Assembly (NCBI RefSeq): GCF_000281045.1
Contig: NW_008246069.1
Coordinates: forward strand, 939,160-959,159
Reading direction: 5' to 3'
Origin: Saprolegnia diclina VS20
Taxonomy: Eukaryota
Length of the DNA stretch: 20,000 nt
Position numbers and translations under genes: made by a program. How positions within the stretch are numbered: position 1 is the first letter of the stretch; every line of letters begins with the position of its first letter. Below the pieces are notes generated by a model. That model saw only the letters and a list, made by a program, of their open reading frames with translations. It made no database searches and was not told where the DNA came from. This document shows positions 19,517 to 20,000 of the stretch, one piece after another.

Positions 19517-19919
19517 CCTGTCTCGAGCACGATCCACTAACGCGCCTCCCCAACCCGGAACAGGTGGGACGACCGGGACCTGTGATTGGTCAGAGTAGGG
19601 TAATTGCGACACGCCACTTCGACTTCGAAAGCGAAGTTTTGTAATAAAATGCCCTCATCACCACCCCCTTACCCCGCCAGCAAACCATCTTCCCTGCACA
19701 CCCCACCCCCTTTCCCCGAACGTGAGACGACCTAGCGGTTCTTCACAATCCCCTCTAACCCTCCACCCTTACCCCGACGCTTTAGGAGCTAGCGTGCGGC
19801 AACCATCTCTCTCCAAACCCAACAACTTTTTACCTTTGTCCCTTTTGGTTGCGGAATATTATTACTACGACATCTGTTCCGGGTTGGGGAGGCGCGTTAA
19901 CAGTTCCTGTCTCGAGCAC
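19517..19919 (+). repeat. 14-bp direct repeat CCTGTCTCGAGCAC flanking the MITE (19517-19530 and 19906-19919)
   Basis: Exact match read directly from the sequence. Confidence 0.9.
19538..19899. mobile_element. MITE-like non-autonomous DNA transposon
   Basis: TAACGCGCCTCCCCAACCCGGAACAGGTG (19538-19566) is the reverse complement of CATCTGTTCCGGGTTGGGGAGGCGCGTTA (19871-19899), 28/29 identical. The interior is non-coding. The ends fit a TA TSD or CTAA/TTAA. Confidence 0.8.
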
Positions 19920-20000
19920 ATGCAGCGTACAGAAAGGGTCGTTGTCGATCCAGCGCTACGGTCCTCACCGTCCCAGGACAGCTTCCCAAGATTACTGTCA

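Noticed and set aside
19499..19534. tRNA-like T-arm/B-box
   Set aside because: No full cloverleaf or A-box could be built, so it is not called a tRNA.
18270..19612. Long ORFs spanning the N gap
   Set aside because: Artefacts of untranslatable Ns; the flanking peptides are not protein-like.

Overview
Eukaryotic, GC-rich, very gene-dense DNA with many ~43-53 bp spliceosomal introns. The style suggests an oomycete, probably Saprolegniales (inference, not verified). The ORF track is fragmented by introns, so I spliced genes by hand. Nine genes: (1) the 3' part of a giant HERC-like HECT E3 ligase (MIB/HERC2 + SPRY + HECT); (2) a SAGA Ada1/TADA1-like gene with a GC-AG intron; (3) a putative mitochondrial helical-repeat protein; (4) a 96-aa two-exon orphan; (5) a Ulp2/SENP-type SUMO protease with tandem PDZ-like N-terminal domains; (6) a hypothetical protein; (7) a DUF218 protein; (8) a Bin3/BCDIN3D-type RNA methyltransferase with a dsRNA-binding domain inserted inside the methyltransferase fold; (9) a membrane-anchored GH18-fold protein lacking the catalytic DxDxE motif. 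After an 830-N assembly gap lies a ~360 bp MITE-like element with 29-bp TIRs. Best leads: the dsRBD-inserted BCDIN3D, the GH18 pseudo-chitinase, the PDZ-SUMO protease and the MITE with its odd 14-bp flanking duplication. All domain calls come from motif recognition by eye.
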